From Rebecca billardiae RCC1528 (Eukaryota > Protista > Haptophyta), in the NCBI GenBank assembly GCA_965240325.2, contig OZ251254.1, positions 248,001-312,000 of the forward strand: a DNA stretch of 64,000 nt, written 5' to 3'. A program made the position numbers and the translations under genes. Position 1 is the stretch's first letter. Each line of letters starts with the position of its first letter. Positions 59,339-64,000 of the stretch are shown here, in pieces. The notes under the pieces were generated by a model. It saw nothing but the letters and a program-made list of their open reading frames with translations, had not been told where the DNA came from and made no database searches.

Positions 59339-62300
59339 TCAGCGTCTTGCGGCGGCAACGGTCGCTGCTGCCGGCCTCAGCGGGCTCCCCTTGAGCGGGC
59401 TGCCGCCGCCCGGTCCGAGCTGCAGGCTGCGCGGCCGGGCGGGCCGGCCGCCGCGGTGCTGCTGGGCTGACCTGGCGGACGGCGAGGGCGAGACGGCGGC
59501 AGCCGCCGCCCCGCGCAGCGGCGACGCGGCGGGGGTGCTCAGCCGCGAGGACGCGCTGCCGCTATCGCACCCTTTGGCCTTGGCCGGCCCCGCCGCCGCC
59601 GCGCCGCCGCCGCCCTTCGCGGCAGCCGCCGCGTCCGCCGCCAGCTGTCGCTGGGCCACGGCCAGCAGCACCCCTTGGAGGGCGGCGTTGAAGCTGCCCG
59701 CCCCGCCGAACCCCGCCTCGATGATGCCGAGCAGCCGCGCACGGTCGCGCTCGAGCAGGCAGCCCGCGGCGCCCACGTCGAACGCGCGCAGCTGCGCCAG
59801 CCACGCCTCAGCCTCAGCGGCAGAGTCCGGGTGCGCCGCATGCGCCGCGTGCGCCGCCCCGCGGCCGCTGTCCGCCTGTGGGCCAGACGGCGAGCGGGCG
59901 GTCTCCGCCTCCGGCCGTGGGCCCTCGGTCGGCTGGGCTGCGGCGGGCTCGGCGGGCTCAGCGGTGCGCTGCGCGGGCGCGGGCGCCGCGGGCGTGCCGC
60001 CTGCGCCACCGTCCACACCACCCTCCGTCCGCGCCGCGCCGCCGGCCGCGTCGGCGTCCGCGAGCGTCGTCGGCACGGCCAAAGCCGCCGCCGACGCGTG
60101 CAGCGGCCGCAGCTCAATTTGCGAGAGGGCGCCGCCCATCTCGATGAAGACGAAGAGCTCAATCACGCTGCGCCGTGCGCCGCGCCGCGCCGGAGCAGCG
60201 GCGGCCCAGCGCGGCGCGCGCACGTGCAGGCGGCGGCGGCACGGTGCCGCAGTGGGCGCGCCGGTGCCGCAGTGGGCGCACGGGTGCCGCAGTGGGCGCG
60301 CCGGTGCCGCAGTGGGCGCGCCGGTACCGCAGTGGGCGGTGGCGGGCGGTGGCGGAGGGAGCAGCGCGCGTGAGCGATGGCACGCGCGGGCACGGGCCCA
60401 GCTCGCGGTGCGCGTGGTGCAGGGGCGGGCGACGCCACCGTGCGCCCTCCCAACGCGCGTGTGCGCCCACCGCACCGCGCCGCGCCGCGCCGCGCGCGCG
60501 CCGCGCGCGCGCCGCGCGCGCGCCGCGGCCCGCGCGCCGTGAGTTGTTGATTGACGCAGGATTTTTCGCAGCAATAAAATGCATCCTTCCGCACGCACCA
60601 CCACAGCCGGGACAAATAGGTTGGGCCCTGCAGCACGAGGAGGGCGCCGCAGCCGGCGAGGAAGACGGGGAGGCAGCGCAGCGCCTCGTCGATGTGCGCC
60701 TGGTCGAGGCACGCCTTGTCCAGCTGCGCGCAGCCCGCACCCCAAGCGATGCCAGCCAAGCCAAGACATGCCAGTCAGCAGCCAGTCAGCAGCCAGTCAG
60801 CAGCCAGTCAGCAGCCAGTCAGCAGCCAGTCAGCAGCCAGTCAGCAGCCAGTCAGCAGCCAGTCAGCAGCCAGTAGTCCGTAGCGGGCGGCAGGGCGGGG
60901 CGGTGGGGCGGGGCGGAGCGGCGGGCGCGCGTGTGAGCGAGCGTCACGCGGCTGTGCTGCGCGGCGGGCTGCGGCCTCCGTTGGGCGCGCGCACCCAGAC
61001 CAGCGGCTCGCGGCGGTGCGCTGCCTTGAAGCGCGCGCGCCAGCTCTGCAGCGCGGCCCACTTGGGGCCGGCGTCGTCCGACCAGCTGCGGGCGTGAAGG
61101 AGGTGGGCGCGGGGGTGGGCGCGGTGGTGGGCGGGGGTGGTGGCGCGGCGGGTGCGCTGGCGTGGCAGGGGCGCAGGGGCCGGGCGCAGCTGCCGGGCGC
61201 AGAGAGGGCGGGGCAGGCGAGATCGCAATCTCCCTCGGCAGGGCGAGGGAGATTGCAATCTCCCTCCGATGGGGTCGGGCGGGGTGTGCCGCGCGCGCTC
61301 ACGAGTGACTCACGAACGCGTCGACCTCGTTCAGCTTGGCCGGCCTCGAGCGCGCGAAGAGCGACGGGTCGGGCGTCGACGCGGCGAGCTCGGCGAACGC
61401 AATCTCGGCGAGCGAGATACAGCGGAACAGCCGCTGCGCCTCGGCCTGGAGCTCGTCCGGACTCTGGTCGCCCATCAGCGCGGCGATGCCCGCCGCGGCG
61501 TAGAAGGCCTCGCCGCGCGCGGCGAGCCACGTCTGGATGCGCAGCCGCGTCGAGGGCAGCAGCATCACCCCGCCGAGCCCGACGAACTCGGCGGCGCACA
61601 CGCACCACGACAGCCAGTACCCAGCGTCGGGCGCGGCGCGCGACGCCGCCTCGGCGCGCGAGCGCGGCGGCGAGGGCGGGGCCCATCGGACCACGCCGCT
61701 GGCCAGGCCCGCGCCGACGTACAGCGCCGCGCAGAGCCCCGAGAGCAGCAGCGCGAGGCCCGAGACGCGCCAGCTCGCCTCGATCAGCCCGCGCGCGCCG
61801 CGCGCGCGCGCGCTCGGGCCGCGCAGCGCGCCGAGCAGCCGAAGGGCAGAGCCCATGCAGATTCCAGCCCAGAAGATCGAGAGTCCGAGGTGGACGGCGG
61901 CGAGCCAGCACGGCACCGGGCCGAGGAGGTGGTGGTCGCACTGCTGCGCCGCGCCGCGCGCGCCGACCGCGCTCGTGCCCCGCGCGTCCAGCGACGCCAG
62001 ATAGCCGAACGCTGCGCCGAAACTGATTAGGAGGCACACATAGAACTGGGTAGCTCGCTCGACTAGTCGCGGCTGCGAGGGCACGAGCGAGGCGAGGAGG
62101 CCGAGCGAGGCGGGGCTGGCGAGACAGATGGGCAGGACGAGGAGCGACTCCAGCCCCAGCGCGAGCGCCGCGCCCACGAACGCCACCGCGAGCACGATGG
62201 CTGCCACGCTGAGCGCCAGCATCGGCAGCTGCACCCGCCGCCGAAACCGGCGGCCCGCGCGGTGCGCGTCGTCAAGCGCGGCGCGCACGTGCGAGTCGGT

Positions 62301-62576
62301 GCGCACGGGCGAGGGCTCTGGCGTGCGCACCGCCGGCGAGGGCTCGCTCGGCGACGCCCCTAGACCCGCCGACGACGAGCCGCGCGGCGGCGGCGAGCCG
62401 CTCTCGCGCCGCACCGCGGCCGCGTCGGCGCGCGCGCGCCGCGCGCGCTCGAGGCGGCAGACGGCGAAGACGCGGCCCTCACACGCGGCGGGCTCGGGCG
62501 GTGGCGCCGACTCGTCGGCGTCGCCGCCGCCGCCGCCGCCGTCACCATCGCCTGGCGTGACGACTGCGCCCGCCAT
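59339..62576 (-). CDS. Multi-pass membrane protein with C-terminal TIR-like domain; exons 62576-61303, 61085-60995, 60723-60599, 60167-59339
   Basis: About 6 hydrophobic helices. Splicing gives DAFVSHSWSD...VWLDKACLDQ...LPVFLAGCGALLVLQGPTYLSRLWCVIELF. All three introns are GT-AG and phase-consistent. Confidence 0.82.
60770..60873. repeat. Intronic 11-mer tandem repeat (CCAGTCAGCAG)n
   Basis: About 9 perfect units. Confidence 0.95.
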
Positions 62577-62640
62577 GCCACCGGGCGCCGGCCGCCTCCG
62601 TTGCTTGCTGCTGCCCCAGTGTGCCCTGCTGGGCAGCTGT

Positions 62641-64000
62641 ATAACCGCGCGCGTCGCGCTCCGCCTTATGGCGGTCCGGTGTTTACGTTGGGCGGCTGCC
62701 TAGCTTGCCTGGGGCCGCCAGACGTCACGGGGGGCCGGGCGGCGAGACAGCGCCCGCCCCCACGCGGACGCTGACTCAAGCCGCACCCTGCCCCGGCGCG
62801 GCGATCCAACGCCGAGGGAGGGCGGGCGGGAGGCGGAGGAGCGCAGCTGGTTGTCCGTGCGGCTGCTCGGCGCCAAGCGTGGCCCGTCGGCTGGGTTTGG
62901 TAGTCGGGCGGCGGTCCGGTCGGCGGTCGGGCAGGGCGAGGTGCGCCGTGCGGTCGGGCGGGAAAGCGGACGGCTGCTGGGCGAAACTCGCTCCTGTTCG
63001 CCAAAGCCGGTCACTGCCCGTCAACTCCCGGCGCGCGCTCACTTTTCTGCGGTCCGCGCCAAAAGCGAGCTGCCACACGCTCGGAACGCTGTCCGGGGGC
63101 GCGCTGCGAGCTCCGAGCTCCGAGCCCGTCCGGGCGGGGGTGCGGTCGGAGGGGCGCTGGAGGAGGGTATCGGGCGGCGGCGAAGCGGCGCCGGCAGTCA
63201 TAACGCGATAACCGCCGCAGACTGCCAAACCCGCCACTCCCGTCGCGTCGGCCATCGCCCCATAACCGCGCGCGTCGCGCTCCGCCTTATGGCGGTCCGG
63301 TGTTTACGTTGGGCGGCTGCCTAGCTTGCCTGGGGCCGCCAGACGTCACGGGGGGCCGGGCGGCGAGACAGCGCCCGCCCACAGGGGCGCAGCGCCAGGC
63401 GCCACGCCGGCATGGGCGGCGTCGGCCGGCGCGGTCGAGGCCAGGCCCGGCCCCGACCCCCAGAGACGCTGCGCCCGGCCACGCCCCGACGCACGCCGTC
63501 AGCGCCAAGCGCGTGCCGTCGGGCGGGGCAGCTCCCGGGAAGTACGTGCGGGGCGCAGGCCCCGCCCACCGCCCCGCAGCGGTGATCTCGGCCGCGGGAA
63601 GCCCCAGGAACGGCCAGCGTCGCCACGGCCGAGCGTCGAACCGAGTTGGCGCCAACACACGTTGTGGGAGCCCCAGCGCCCGACACTCATCGTGCAGCCA
63701 CGCCAGATACGCCGCGCGAAAGCCTCGCACGCGCGCCAACCCGCCCGGTGTCGGCCGTCGACGGCGGGCAGCACCCCGAGCTCCGCGAAGCGACGTCCAG
63801 CCAGCGTGCGTAGCCCTGAATCGCCATGCGCCCCTTGGACCTTGGACGCGAAGGGCGAAGCGCCGAAGCCCGCTGCCCGGCTGTGGCAAACCGCCGGGCC
63901 GCCTGCGCTGTGGGAGCGATGGCGGCCGGTGGAAGCGGCGGGGAGTAGGCGACGCACGCCGCGCGAACGAGGACGGTCGCGCGGCACGCGAGCGACGGCG
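62641..64000 (-). mobile_element. YR retroelement family 1 copy 2 (3' end; continues beyond the window)
   Basis: Colinear with 11481-12827 at offset 51173, with only about 2 substitutions noticed. Contains B2, spacer, A2, B1 and the YR remnant. Confidence 0.9.

Overview
Very GC-rich eukaryotic genomic DNA with GT-AG spliceosomal introns, one GC-AG intron and intronic TTAGGG repeats. By inference it is a haptophyte alga; the organism cannot be proven from the sequence. About 17 genes are supportable: two F-box-like/RCC1 paralogues plus a fragment, an acylated TIR-like/TPR protein, an ARM protein, a TMEM260-like mannosyltransferase, a coiled-coil protein, a SET protein, a hybrid histidine kinase, a GHMP kinase, a YkgJ-type protein, DGDG synthase, a 2OG-Fe(II) oxygenase, a VAMP, a Cys-rich membrane protein, a 13-exon valyl-tRNA synthetase and a multi-TM TIR-like protein. 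Several non-autonomous mobile elements lie between them, most inserted in AT islands. They include two unrelated split-direct-repeat (A...B-A-spacer-B) tyrosine-recombinase retroelement families (Ngaro/PAT-like) sharing a TAT junction core, a CACAGTG-ended element with block-and-spacer TIRs, an 815-bp-arm foldback, a MULE with a 9-bp TSD and a decayed Copia. Most notably, both copies of one YR family sit co-oriented just upstream of the two TIR-like genes, and the other family carries an array of covarying hairpins. Exon boundaries and repeat alignments were read by eye.
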